A stretch of DNA of 64,000 bases from an uncultured Clostridia bacterium (GCA_944349415.1 CALVMX010000002.1:946-64945), one strand, 5' to 3'; positions 28,428 through 38,539 are shown, numbered from the stretch's first letter. The notes: generated by a model not told the origin, from the letters alone. A program made the numbers and translations.

Positions 28428-28814
28428 TTATTTTTGCATATTAAATTTTCTAACCAATTCATTATTTTTATTAACACATTCAGCCATTCCATTATAAACT
28501 GAAAGAGCAAATTTAGCAAATTGAGAACTTGTAGGATTATTTGAAAGAGCATCATAAGTCTTTTCAAATTCATTATAATTAATCATATAAATTCCTGTTT
28601 GAAGTTCTTTACATTGCATAACTAAATGAACGACTTGGCGGAAATCTTGAATCATGTTTTTAAATCTATAATTCTTTGGGAGAGCCTTAACTATATTTGC
28701 ATAAGCCTCTGACATTTTGACGTCATTAGGATCTGAGTCATCAATGAAAAACCCAATGAACTTTTGATATTGATTTTCAAATGAACCATCTCTTTTATTA
28801 ACAGTGAATACCAT
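28428..28814 (-). CDS. Hypothetical protein (128 aa)
   Basis: RBS AAGGAG. It is preceded by a promoter/leader module shared with the locus at 38530. Confidence 0.6.
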   Translation of the reverse strand: MVFTVNKRDGSFENQYQKFIGFFIDDSDPNDVKMSEAYANIVKALPKNYRFKNMIQDFRQVVHLVMQCKELQTGIYMINYNEFEKTYDALSNNPTSSQFAKFALSVYNGMAECVNKNNELVRKFNMQK

Positions 28815-28846
28815 ACTATTAACTCCTTTTTTCTTTATTCGCTTTT

Positions 28847-28875
28847 ATTATAGCATATAATTTTTGGTTTGTAAA
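28847..28875 (-). promoter_or_regulatory. Promoter (TTTACA, 17 nt, TGC TATAAT) for 28428..28814
   Basis: The minus strand has TTTACA at 28875-28870 and TATAAT at 28852-28847. Confidence 0.55.
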
Positions 28876-29075
28876 TACCTTTTTGAAAATTTTTTCGATT
28901 TTATTTTTATATGGACGTTTTAGTTAAAGATTTTAGAGAAAGTAATAATTCAAGGCATAAAATCAAAAATATATAAAAGTATTGTAAGATTTTGTCGCTT
29001 GTGAATAATTTTTATTTTTCTTATCACTCTATTTCTATCTTTTGACCTTTTTGTCAATAATTGAAGTGGTGAGAT

Positions 29076-30611
29076 ATGAAAATTAGTTTTAAAAATGTTG
29101 GTGGTGGAGCCTTTGTTCTTCTTATAAGTGGTCTTATTTGTAAGTGTTTGGGAGCATTTTTTAGGCTTCCGCTTACAAATATGCTGGGAATTGAGGGAAT
29201 TGGCGTCTTTCAACTTGTGATGAGTCTATATTCGTTTGCTCTTGTGGTGACAGCAGGTGGTGTGACAGCCTCGCTATCCAAACTTATCGGTTCGGCGCGT
29301 GCAAATGGCAGAATGGAAAAAGTTGGGCTCTATCTAAAACAAGCACTTTTGGTTTCGGTGAGTATTGGACTCGCGCTCGGTGTCCTTTTTCTTATATTTG
29401 GAAGATATATCGCAATTTTTCAAAATATTTCTTCTTCCGCTTCCTATTATCTTTTTGCTCTTATGCTTCCACTTGGTGCTGGGCTTGCCACTCTTCGAGG
29501 CTATTTTCAAGGTTATGAAAATATGCTCCCAACTGCCATAAGCCAAGTGATAGAGCAGGTGATTCGTTTCAGTTTTGGACTTTTGTTTGCCTATTATTTT
29601 TCCAAATTCGGTCTTGCACAAGGTGTGTTTGGAGCATTTTTAGGAGTGCTGACAAGTGAAGCAATTTCGCTATTTTTTTTGATTATCTTTTTCACAGTAA
29701 AAAGAAGAAGCAAAAAAGAGGTATATAGCCGTGATTTTTCTCGAATTGTTCGAAAAGAATTTAATAACGCGAATTTTCCTCTTACTTTTTCCGCTTCCAT
29801 ACTTCCTCTCGTCACTGCTTTTGAAAGTTTAATAATTATTCCGCGTCTTATGGCGAGCGGACTAACCTCTTCTTTTGCCACTTCGCTTTATGGTTTGCAG
29901 GCTGGAGTTGTGGGCGCTATTCTTCATTTTCCGCTTATAATCTCTATGTCGATAACAACTGCCATTTTGCCAAATCTTTCTTATCATATTTCGCGAGGAA
30001 GCGGTGGACGTGTTATTATCGAAAAGGGCTTAAAAACGCTTCTTTACCTCATTTTGCCGACAACTTTTGGAATGGTTGCCATTTCTAAAGAGGTTTTAGA
30101 TTTGTTTTACACTGAGATTACGCCGTTTCTTCTCATGATAGCCTTTAATCTTATGCTATATGGCGGTTTTGCCACCATTTTTACCGCACTTATGCAGTAT
30201 ATAATCATGATTTTGCAGGCAAATGGGCAATTTAACTATATTTTATTAATCACAATAATTGGCGGAGCACTTCGAGCAGTTCTCTCTTTCACTCTTTCGG
30301 CTGTTTCCTCAATTAATATTTATGCTGTGCTTCTTGGTAACATTGCAATGACGGCGATAACCTGTCTTTTAGGTCTTTTTAGGCTTAAGCAAATTTCCGC
30401 TTTTTCCTTGCCAGTAAAAGACGTTGTTATTCTTCTTTTAGGCACGTTTTTAATGTTTATTACAGTGTATACTTTTGTTAACTCTTCCTATTTTTCGCCA
30501 ATGGTAAACATAATCTTGGGAATACTTTTAGGAGTTCTTGTTTATGGCGTTTTAACAATTTCTTTCCTTATTAAAATTGTTAATCGAAAAAAAGTGAAAA
30601 ATGTGGTTTAA
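29076..30611 (+). CDS. MOP-superfamily flippase (MurJ/SpoVB-like polysaccharide biosynthesis protein)
   Basis: 511-aa protein with many TM segments. The N-terminus LISGLICKCLGAFFRLPLTNMLGIEGIGVFQLV is typical of SpoVB/MurJ-like proteins. Confidence 0.65.
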   Translation: MKISFKNVGGGAFVLLISGLICKCLGAFFRLPLTNMLGIEGIGVFQLVMSLYSFALVVTAGGVTASLSKLIGSARANGRMEKVGLYLKQALLVSVSIGLALGVLFLIFGRYIAIFQNISSSASYYLFALMLPLGAGLATLRGYFQGYENMLPTAISQVIEQVIRFSFGLLFAYYFSKFGLAQGVFGAFLGVLTSEAISLFFLIIFFTVKRRSKKEVYSRDFSRIVRKEFNNANFPLTFSASILPLVTAFESLIIIPRLMASGLTSSFATSLYGLQAGVVGAILHFPLIISMSITTAILPNLSYHISRGSGGRVIIEKGLKTLLYLILPTTFGMVAISKEVLDLFYTEITPFLLMIAFNLMLYGGFATIFTALMQYIIMILQANGQFNYILLITIIGGALRAVLSFTLSAVSSINIYAVLLGNIAMTAITCLLGLFRLKQISAFSLPVKDVVILLLGTFLMFITVYTFVNSSYFSPMVNIILGILLGVLVYGVLTISFLIKIVNRKKVKNVV

Positions 30612-30650
30612 AAAATTTTTATTTGACAACTATTTCTCTAGGAGGGAATT

Positions 30651-30923
30651 ATGAATAAACAAGAAATGCTTTCAGTTTTGTCTAAAAAGACGGAGATATC
30701 AAAAACCAAATGTGAAAAGGTTATTGACGAGTTCAAAAAACTTATTCTTGACGTATGCGGAAAAGGAGAAGAGTTAAATCTTAGAAATTTTGGCAAGTTT
30801 TCTCTTATTGAGAAAAAAGAAAGACGCTTTTTAAATCCACAAACAAAACGTTACTATATGTCAAAGCCTAAGAAAATCATCGCCTTTAAAGGTTACAAAA
30901 ATTTCAAATACGCAGTGAAATAA
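30651..30923 (+). CDS. hup: HU-family DNA-binding protein
   Basis: The 90-aa product starts MNKQEMLSVLSKKT..SKTKCEKVIDEF and contains FGKFSLIEKKERRFLNPQT. Confidence 0.8.
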   Translation: MNKQEMLSVLSKKTEISKTKCEKVIDEFKKLILDVCGKGEELNLRNFGKFSLIEKKERRFLNPQTKRYYMSKPKKIIAFKGYKNFKYAVK

Positions 30924-31014
30924 CATTTTTGGACAATTTAATTAGTTTGATATAAAAGTATGCAAATTTATAGCATGCTTTTTTTTTTACTAATTAAGGT
31001 TTTTATGCTAAAAT

Positions 31015-31950
31015 ATGGAAATGAAAATTCGAGGGGTTGATTTTGGGAATTTGTTCCTTGCACCTATGGCTGGTGTGAGTGACGTGGGATTTAGAGAACA
31101 GGCGGTTAAATTTGGGGCGGATACAACTGTCACCGAAATGCTTTCTGCACGTGCTATGGCGCATAATCCTAAAAAGACCAAGCTTATGACAACAACTTCG
31201 CTAGAAGAAAAGGTGGTTGCGGCTCAAATTTTTGGGCACGAGGCGGAATTTATGAAAAAGGCAGTGGAAAGTGAAATACTTTCATCTTTTCCAGCGTTTG
31301 ATATAAATATGGGCTGTCCAGCACCAAAAATTATCAAAAATGGCGAAGGAAGTGCGCTTATGGACAACCTTCCGCTTGCAAGTGAAATCATTAGAACTTG
31401 CAGAGAGGCAACGGACAAACCGCTTTCAGTGAAGTTTAGAAAGGGCTATCATAAAATAAACTACCTTGATTTTGCCAAAATGTGTGAAGATAGCGGGGCG
31501 GATTTTATTACTTTCCATGCGAGAACGGTGGAACAAGGCTATAGTGGGCATGCTGACTATGAGGCAATAGCCGAGGTTAAGGCAAAAGTTAAAATTCCTG
31601 TTGTGGGCAATGGCGATGTGGTGGACTTAAATAGTTATCATGAACTCTTGAAAACCGGTGTGGATGCGGTTATGGTCGGACGCGGAAGTTTGGGACAACC
31701 TTGGATTTTTTCTGAATTAAAAGGACTTGACCTATCTAATTTGGATAAACACAAAGTTGTGAGAGAGCATATTGAAACATTGAGGAAATTCTATGACGAG
31801 GAGTGGCTCAAACTCTACATTCGAAAGCATCTTCTTTGGTATGCGAAAAATTTACCGCTTGCTTCATCTATAAGGCTTAAACTTGCCACTTGTCAAGATA
31901 TTGATGAGTGCGTCGAAATCTTGGGAAAATGTTTTTTGGAAAATAACTAA
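31015..31950 (+). CDS. dusB: tRNA-dihydrouridine synthase
   Basis: LAPMAGVSDVGFR, DINMGCPAPKI and HARTVEQGYSG. Confidence 0.85.
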   Translation: MEMKIRGVDFGNLFLAPMAGVSDVGFREQAVKFGADTTVTEMLSARAMAHNPKKTKLMTTTSLEEKVVAAQIFGHEAEFMKKAVESEILSSFPAFDINMGCPAPKIIKNGEGSALMDNLPLASEIIRTCREATDKPLSVKFRKGYHKINYLDFAKMCEDSGADFITFHARTVEQGYSGHADYEAIAEVKAKVKIPVVGNGDVVDLNSYHELLKTGVDAVMVGRGSLGQPWIFSELKGLDLSNLDKHKVVREHIETLRKFYDEEWLKLYIRKHLLWYAKNLPLASSIRLKLATCQDIDECVEILGKCFLENN

Positions 31951-32007
31951 ATTTAATTTGCCTTTTTAAGTTAAAAAGTTGTATTATACTTATATGGGGG
32001 TTATCCT

Positions 32008-33171
32008 ATGAAAAGAACAATCCGCGATCTTAAAAATATTAAAGACAAAAGAGTGCTTTTAAGGTGCGACTTTAATGTTCCACTTGATAAATATGGCGAT
32101 ATTTTAGACGACACGAGAATTTTCGAGTCGTTACCTACTATTAAATATCTTAATGAGCAAAACTGCAAGCTTATTTTATGTTCACATTTGGGTAGGCCAA
32201 AAGGCTATGATAAATATCTTTCGCTTTTCCCTGTCGCAGTTTATCTTATGAAACGTTTTCCAAATAAAGTTAAATTTTGCCCTAAAGCAAGTGGAAAAGA
32301 AGTATCTTCTGCTGTTAAAAATTTGAAAGGTGGAGAAATTCTACTTTTAGAAAATTTGAGATTTGACGCTAGAGAAGAACAAAACGACGAAACTTTTGTT
32401 AAAGAGCTTGCGTCGCTTGCTGATATCTATGTGGACGATGCTTTTGGCGTCGCACATAGAAAACATGCCTCAAACTATGGGGTTGCACTTAAACTTCCAA
32501 ATGCTATAGGGTTTTTGATAGAAAAAGAACTTAATGTTTTCTCTAAAGCCTTTGAAAATCCATCTCGACCATTTGTGGCTATTTTCGGTGGAGCTAAAGT
32601 AAAAGACAAGTTAACTCTTATCAATAATGTCATTGGTAAAGCAGACACAATTTTAATTGGTGGAGGAATGGCATATACCTTTCTTCTTGCAAAAGGTGTC
32701 AATATTGGAAAATCTATTGTCGACCTTGACCTTGTGGATGATGCTAAAGATATTTTAGAAAAAGCACAAAAGAACGGAACAAAAATTTTGTTACCTATTG
32801 ACCATGTGGCTTTGGACGGTGAAAAAGTCCGAAAAGTTTTACTTATGGATCAAGATATGGTTGGGCTTGATATTGGGAAAGACACCATTAAACTTTTCAA
32901 AAAAGAAATCAAAACTGCTGGGCAAATACTCTGGAATGGTCCTGTTGGTAAATACGAAGATAAAAGGTTCCGTAAAGGCACTTTTGAAATTGCTAAAGCT
33001 ATTGCTAAGTCTAAGGCCTATTCTATTGTCGGTGGTGGCGACAGTGTGGGAGCAATTAATACTCTCGGTTTTAACAAAAAAATCAACCACTTATCTACCG
33101 GTGGTGGTGCTAGCATGAAACTTATGGAAGGCAAAGTTTTGCCTGCTATTGAGGTTATTGATACGCTTTAG
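32008..33171 (+). CDS. pgk: Phosphoglycerate kinase
   Basis: RCDFNVPL, SHLGRPKG and the C-terminal STGGGASMKLMEGKVLPAI. Confidence 0.95.
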   Translation: MKRTIRDLKNIKDKRVLLRCDFNVPLDKYGDILDDTRIFESLPTIKYLNEQNCKLILCSHLGRPKGYDKYLSLFPVAVYLMKRFPNKVKFCPKASGKEVSSAVKNLKGGEILLLENLRFDAREEQNDETFVKELASLADIYVDDAFGVAHRKHASNYGVALKLPNAIGFLIEKELNVFSKAFENPSRPFVAIFGGAKVKDKLTLINNVIGKADTILIGGGMAYTFLLAKGVNIGKSIVDLDLVDDAKDILEKAQKNGTKILLPIDHVALDGEKVRKVLLMDQDMVGLDIGKDTIKLFKKEIKTAGQILWNGPVGKYEDKRFRKGTFEIAKAIAKSKAYSIVGGGDSVGAINTLGFNKKINHLSTGGGASMKLMEGKVLPAIEVIDTL

Positions 33172-33252
33172 GGCGAGAAAGGCGTGCAGGTGCACGCGGA
33201 AAACCAACGGTTTTCTAAAATTTTTAACTCGTTAAAAATTTTTCTTTCTCGC
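33172..33252. repeat. Structured intergenic element, copy 1 (closing stem enclosing three hairpins)
   Basis: The closing stem is GCGAGAAAG/CTTTCTCGC. It encloses CGTGCA-GG-TGCACG, GAAAACC-AAC-GGTTTTC and AAAATTTTTAAC-TC-GTTAAAAATTTT. Confidence 0.7.
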
Positions 33253-33364
33253 GTGGAAGGAAAAATAACAAGTGATAAAACATACTTAGCTGAACTAAAG
33301 AAAGATTAAAGATTTACAAAAGACGTATCAACGGATAAATTTTCGAACTTATAAAAGGAGATTT

Positions 33365-34114
33365 ATGAAAAAAATAATAATAGCAAATTTTAAAATGAAC
33401 ACGACACCAAGTGAAATGAAAGGCTATTCAATGACTTTAGCCACAAAAACTGCCAACACAAAAAATCAAATTATTGTTTGTCCGCCTTTCACACATCTAT
33501 CAACAGCGAAGCAGTTTTTAGACGGAAGTAAGGTAACACTTGGTGCTCAAAATGTCAGTGATGCAGAGAAAGGAACCTATACTGGAGAAATTTCTGCAAG
33601 CATGCTTAAAGATTTAGGTGTAGAATATGTTATTGTTGGACACAGCGAGCGTCGTTCTCGTTTTAAAGAAACAGACAGAATGGTAAATAGGAAAATAAAA
33701 ACCGCTCTTTCATGTGGACTTAAAGTTATACTTTGCATAGGCGAAGATTTGACTACTCGAACAGCTAAACAAGCTGGACCATTTGTAAGAAAACAACTGG
33801 ATGATGCACTAAAAGGTATTTATGAAAACGAACTTGAAGGTATTATTGTAGCCTACGAGCCTATTTGGGCAATCGGAACAGGTAAAAGTGCTACGCTCAA
33901 AGATATTGAAAAGATGACAAACCTTTTAAGAAAAGAAATTTCTGCTTTATACAGTGAAAAAGCAGGGCAAAACATTAATATCGTCTATGGCGGTAGTATT
34001 GATTTAAACAATTATAAAAAAATTATTTCACTTCCATGTTTAAATGGTGCTTTAATTGGTGGAACAAGTCTTGATGTAGACAACTTTTCATTAATTGCAA
34101 GAGATAATTACTAA
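33365..34114 (+). CDS. tpiA: Triosephosphate isomerase
   Basis: IIANFKMN, VIVGHSERR, AYEPIWAIGTG and GGSI. Confidence 0.95.
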   Translation: MKKIIIANFKMNTTPSEMKGYSMTLATKTANTKNQIIVCPPFTHLSTAKQFLDGSKVTLGAQNVSDAEKGTYTGEISASMLKDLGVEYVIVGHSERRSRFKETDRMVNRKIKTALSCGLKVILCIGEDLTTRTAKQAGPFVRKQLDDALKGIYENELEGIIVAYEPIWAIGTGKSATLKDIEKMTNLLRKEISALYSEKAGQNINIVYGGSIDLNNYKKIISLPCLNGALIGGTSLDVDNFSLIARDNY

Positions 34115-34126
34115 AACGGAGAAAAA

Positions 34127-35230
34127 ATGGAACATATTTCACTTTACAGAAAATACAGACCAAAAACCTTTGAAGAAGTTATAGGACAAGACCATATCAC
34201 AAAAACCTTGCAAAATCAAGTCATGGCAGGGCATATTGGTCATGCCTATCTTTTTACAGGCACGCGTGGGACAGGAAAAACAAGTATAGCAAAAATATTA
34301 GCTCGTGCTGTGAATTGCTTAAATCCTATTAATGGTTCGCCTTGTGGCAAATGTGAAAATTGTCTTAACCTTCAAAAAGAAAACGACATAAATATTATTG
34401 AAATTGATGCCGCGTCAAACAATAAAGTGGATGATGTCCGAGAAATTCGAGAAAAGGTAAAATTTTTACCTGTTGGAGCAAAATATAAAGTTTATATCAT
34501 TGACGAAGTGCATATGTTAACCGATTCAGCTTTTAACGCTCTTTTAAAAACTTTAGAAGAACCTCCAGCACATATCATTTTTATTCTTGCTACAACTGAA
34601 GTGCACAAGCTTCCACAAACGATACTATCTCGATGTGTTCGGTTTGATTTCCATTTGGTATCCGTAGAAGATTTAATGAAGCATTTAAGAAAAATCTTCG
34701 ATAAAGAAAATATTGAATGTGATGAAGAGAGCTTAAAACTTATTGCAACCGCTGGCGAAGGAAGCGTGAGAGATACACTATCTATTGCAGATTCCATTGC
34801 TTCATACTGCCAAAACAAGATTACAAAAGAGGAAACTTTGAAGATTCTTGGGACGACAGATTACGAACTTATCCTTACTTTTTTTGATAATTTGAGAGAC
34901 AGGGAAGTGGGGAACATCTTGGAACTTATTGACAAAATTGAAAAAGAAGGAAAAAATTTGGCAGTATTTTCCAAGGATGTGTCAAAACATGCCAGAAATT
35001 TGTTGGTGGCAAAAACATGCAATGACGCAAACAAAATTTTGAATTTGCCGGATGATGTGTATGAAAAATTTAAAATCCAAGCAGACAGTTTCAACGAAAA
35101 GGATTTAATAAGATATATGCAAGTTTTCTCTTCTGCAGAGAACGAACTTCGCTACACTCTTTCTGTTAGACTTCTTCTTGAAACAACAGCTCTGACTGCT
35201 ATGCTTGGGTTTGAAGTAAAAAAAAACTGA
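34127..35230 (+). CDS. dnaX: DNA polymerase III subunit gamma/tau, zero-frame product (367 aa, domains I-III only)
   Basis: LYRKYRPKTFEEVIGQ, GTRGTGKTS, a Zn module CGKCENC, IIDEVHMLT and SRCVRFDF. It ends in GTA AAA AAA AAC TGA. Confidence 0.9.
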   Translation: MEHISLYRKYRPKTFEEVIGQDHITKTLQNQVMAGHIGHAYLFTGTRGTGKTSIAKILARAVNCLNPINGSPCGKCENCLNLQKENDINIIEIDAASNNKVDDVREIREKVKFLPVGAKYKVYIIDEVHMLTDSAFNALLKTLEEPPAHIIFILATTEVHKLPQTILSRCVRFDFHLVSVEDLMKHLRKIFDKENIECDEESLKLIATAGEGSVRDTLSIADSIASYCQNKITKEETLKILGTTDYELILTFFDNLRDREVGNILELIDKIEKEGKNLAVFSKDVSKHARNLLVAKTCNDANKILNLPDDVYEKFKIQADSFNEKDLIRYMQVFSSAENELRYTLSVRLLLETTALTAMLGFEVKKN

Positions 35231-35565
35231 AAATTGAAGTTGACGCTTCCAAGTTGTCACCTAAAAATGTTTGGGGGAAAATTGTCCTTTATTTAAAGGA
35301 GAACAAAAAGGTGGCTCTACATGTCGCTTGTGGTGATATTACGGATGTCTTAATAGAAGGCGAAAAGTTAATTGTTCGTTCATCAGATGACTTTTTGATT
35401 AGCATTTTGGAAGATGGAAGGCGAGATATTGAAAATGCCATTCGCTGGCAAGGGCTCAACCTTTCGTTTGAAATTGTTAAATTTGAAAGTGCTCTGCAAA
35501 TGCAAGAAAAAGATTTAGTAAAACTATCGCGTATGTTCGGCGAAAGATTAAAGATAGAAGATTAA
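35215..35565 (+). CDS. dnaX: -1-frame continuation of dnaX (tau-specific C-terminal domain-like, about 113 aa)
   Basis: The -1 frame is open from 35215 through the A9 run (35218-35226). The segment VWGKIVLYLKENKKVALHVACGDITDVLIEGEKLIVRSSDDF matches the usual DnaX C-terminal pattern. The only in-frame start is a TTG with no RBS. Confidence 0.55.
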   Translation, partial: SKKKLKIEVDASKLSPKNVWGKIVLYLKENKKVALHVACGDITDVLIEGEKLIVRSSDDFLISILEDGRRDIENAIRWQGLNLSFEIVKFESALQMQEKDLVKLSRMFGERLKIED

Positions 35566-35577
35566 AAGGAGAATGTT

Positions 35578-35895
35578 ATGGGATATAATTTTGGTGGAGG
35601 CTTTGGCGGTGGAAATATGCAACAACTTATGCGCCAAGCACAAAAAATGCAAGAAGAAATGAGAAGAACTCGTGAGGAAATTGACAACACAGAATACACT
35701 TCAACTGTAGGTGGTGGAATGGTGGAAATCACAATTTTAGGCAACCGCACAGTTAAGGGAATCAAAATTAAAAAGGAAGTGGTGGATCCTGATGACGTGG
35801 AAATGCTTGAAGATCTTATTGTTTCAGCCACAAATGACTGCTTGAAGAAAATTTCTGATGACGAAAAAGCAAAATTGCCTAACATGGGAATATAA
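35578..35895 (+). CDS. ybaB: YbaB/EbfC-family nucleoid-associated protein
   Basis: NMQQLMRQAQKMQEEM...GGGMVEITILGN. Sits in the conserved dnaX-ybaB-recR order. Confidence 0.9.
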   Translation: MGYNFGGGFGGGNMQQLMRQAQKMQEEMRRTREEIDNTEYTSTVGGGMVEITILGNRTVKGIKIKKEVVDPDDVEMLEDLIVSATNDCLKKISDDEKAKLPNMGI

Positions 35896-35898
35896 TTT

Positions 35899-36486
35899 AT
35901 GTTTGACGAGCCTATTGAAAAATTAATTGAATATTTTAGACAACTTCCAGGCGTTGGGAAAAAGACCGCTCAACGTTATGCTTTTTATATAATAGAAAAC
36001 AGCAAAGAAAAAGCGGACAATTTTGCAAATGCCATAAAGGAAGTTAAAGACAAGGTTAAACTTTGCACGGTCTGTGGCAACTATTCTACAACTGATGTCT
36101 GTCCGATATGTCAAAAACGAAATAGAAAGATTATTTGCGTCGTTCAAGAGCCAAAAGATATTATTTCAATGGAAAAAGTTAAATCGTTTGATGGTGTTTA
36201 CCATGTGCTTTTTGGAACAATTAGCCCTCTTGAGAATCGCGGACCTAATGATATAAAAATCAAGGAGTTACTAGCAAGAATAGGACAAGATAAAGTGGAA
36301 GAAGTTATTATGGCTACCAACCCTGACGTTGAGGGAGATGCCACGGCAATGTATATTTCCAAACTTTTGAAGCCACTTGGAGTAAAAGTGACTAGACTTG
36401 CTCAAGGAATTGCAATGGGGAGCGATATTGAATTTGCTGACGAAGTGACGCTAGAAAGAGCCTTGGAGCAAAGGAAAGAAATATAG
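35899..36486 (+). CDS. recR: Recombination protein RecR
   Basis: [14 protein letters not shown], a Zn finger CTVCGN...CPIC, and a Toprim region. Confidence 0.9.
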   Translation: MFDEPIEKLIEYFRQLPGVGKKTAQRYAFYIIENSKEKADNFANAIKEVKDKVKLCTVCGNYSTTDVCPICQKRNRKIICVVQEPKDIISMEKVKSFDGVYHVLFGTISPLENRGPNDIKIKELLARIGQDKVEEVIMATNPDVEGDATAMYISKLLKPLGVKVTRLAQGIAMGSDIEFADEVTLERALEQRKEI

Positions 36487-36579
36487 AATTAACTTCATAT
36501 GTTTTGATAATTTAAAAATTATAAAAGTTTTTAAGAGGTTTTGAAGAAGAATTAGAACTTACATATTAAAGGAATCAAA

Positions 36580-38355
36580 ATGGATATTAGGGAAGATATA
36601 AGAAGAGAAATTGAAAAAGTTTTAATAGAAATGGATTTAAGTGCAGATAAATTGTCTGTCTCTTTTTCCAATTTGCCAGAACTTTGTGATTTTCAGACTA
36701 ACTTTGCTTTGGTTGCAGCAAAAAATTTTAATATGAAACCTATTGAACTTGCAAACGCCATTGTGGACAAGTTGAATGTTAAAGGAATGAAATTTTCTGT
36801 GGCTATGCCCGGATTTATTAATATTAAAGTGGACAATGCTGTTTTGTCAGACTACGCTAATGAAGTTTTAGGTGATGAAAGATTTGGTGTTTCAAAAGTT
36901 TTAAATCCAAGAAAGATTCTTATTGACTATGGCGGTGCAAATGTGGCAAAAGAACTTCATGTCGGACACCTTCGTTCGCCTATAATTGGCGAAGCATTGA
37001 AACGCTTACATAGATTTTTGGGTGACTATGTTGTGGCGGACACTCACTTAGGTGACTGGGGACTCCAAATGGGGCTAACAATTCTTCAACTCAAAAATGA
37101 TGGTTTTTTAGACGAATTTTTTGAAAAAAACGCGAAAATAAGTGAAATTTCTTTAAAAAATGTCACTTTGGACACTTTAAATGAAGAATATCCAAAGGCA
37201 AGCAAACGCAAAGATGTGGACGAAGAATTTAAGAAACTTGCCGACACTTACACTCTTTATATTCAACAAAAGAAAGAACCTTACTTTACAATTTATAAAC
37301 AAATAAGAGAACTTTCCGTAGAAGAAATCAAGAAAAATTATGAAATGCTCAACGCATATTTTGATTATTGGTATGGCGAAAGTGATGCGGACGCATATAT
37401 TCAAGAGACGTTAGATATTTTTGAAAAAAAAGAACTTTTGCGAGAAAGTGACGGTGCGCTTGTTGTAGATATTGCAGAAGAGGGCGAGCACATTCCTATT
37501 CCAAAGAAAAGTGAAGATGAGGTGCAAAGATATAAAAATCCTATGCCTCCAGCCATACTCAAAAAGTATAATGGCGGTGTTTTGTATGTCACGACGGAAA
37601 TCGCAACAATTCTAATGCGTAACAAAATGGATAATTTCGACGAAATGATATATCTTACTGATAATCGACAAGGAAACCACTTTGTGCAAGCTTTTAGATG
37701 TGCCAAAAAAGCAGGTATTTCGCCAGAAAATCAAGTCTTAAAACATATTGCTTTTGGAACAATGAACGGAAAAGACGGAAAGCCTTTTAAGACAAGAAGT
37801 GGCGAAACGATAAAGTTTAAAGATGTTATCAACCTCTTAATAGATAAAGCAAGTGAAAAATTAAAAGCTAACGGCATAGAAAATGACAGAGAACTTGCTC
37901 GTAAAATTGGTGTAGGCGCAATGAAGTTCGGTGATTTGTCGAACATAATTTCCAAAGATTATGTTTTCGACATTGACAAATTTCTTTCGTTTGACGGAAA
38001 GACTGGACCTTACATTCAATATACCATTGCAAGAATCAACTCTATTTTGGAAAAGAAAGATGTGGAAGAGGGGGTTATCCACATTTCCACAAAAGAAGAG
38101 CGAGAGATTATTCTTGCGCTATTGAAACTTAATTCTGCTTATTTTGTCTCTTATGATGACTATTCTTTGAATCTCATCTGTTCTTCCACTTTTGACCTTG
38201 CAAAAGCATTTTCCACTCTTTACAACAACACAAAAATATTGAGTGAGAAAGATATTGAGAAAAAGAGGAGTTTACTTTCACTTTGCAGGCTTGTTAAAAA
38301 ATCGCTTTCAAATGCGCTTGATGTTTTAGGTATTGATGTTGTAGAAAAAATGTAA
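36580..38355 (+). CDS. argS: Arginine--tRNA ligase
   Basis: NVAKELHVGHLRS (HIGH-type motif). 591 aa, ending in the C-terminal anticodon-binding domain with a terminal M. Confidence 0.85.
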   Translation: MDIREDIRREIEKVLIEMDLSADKLSVSFSNLPELCDFQTNFALVAAKNFNMKPIELANAIVDKLNVKGMKFSVAMPGFINIKVDNAVLSDYANEVLGDERFGVSKVLNPRKILIDYGGANVAKELHVGHLRSPIIGEALKRLHRFLGDYVVADTHLGDWGLQMGLTILQLKNDGFLDEFFEKNAKISEISLKNVTLDTLNEEYPKASKRKDVDEEFKKLADTYTLYIQQKKEPYFTIYKQIRELSVEEIKKNYEMLNAYFDYWYGESDADAYIQETLDIFEKKELLRESDGALVVDIAEEGEHIPIPKKSEDEVQRYKNPMPPAILKKYNGGVLYVTTEIATILMRNKMDNFDEMIYLTDNRQGNHFVQAFRCAKKAGISPENQVLKHIAFGTMNGKDGKPFKTRSGETIKFKDVINLLIDKASEKLKANGIENDRELARKIGVGAMKFGDLSNIISKDYVFDIDKFLSFDGKTGPYIQYTIARINSILEKKDVEEGVIHISTKEEREIILALLKLNSAYFVSYDDYSLNLICSSTFDLAKAFSTLYNNTKILSEKDIEKKRSLLSLCRLVKKSLSNALDVLGIDVVEKM

Positions 38356-38539
38356 CAGGCTGTGCCTGATTTTGAGGGTTGGGATTTATAAAGATTATTT
38401 ATAAATGTTTTTGTGTTAAATATTTTTATTTGTAAAGTATTTAATTTGCAAAGTATTATAATAATATTAAAATTAAAAATAACCTTATTCGCCTTTAAAT
38501 ACGGCACGAAAAATTTTTTAAAAATTTATCAAAAAGGTA

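Noticed and set aside
28950-29213. An 87-aa minus-strand ORF overlapping the start of the flippase gene.
   Set aside because: It has a basic, low-complexity translation and no RBS. It also overlaps the promoter and 5' end of a well-supported membrane-protein gene.
36487-36579. A T-box or other riboswitch leader upstream of argS.
   Set aside because: The intergenic region is only about 93 nt. It shows no specifier or terminator-antiterminator architecture, so it is too short for a T-box.
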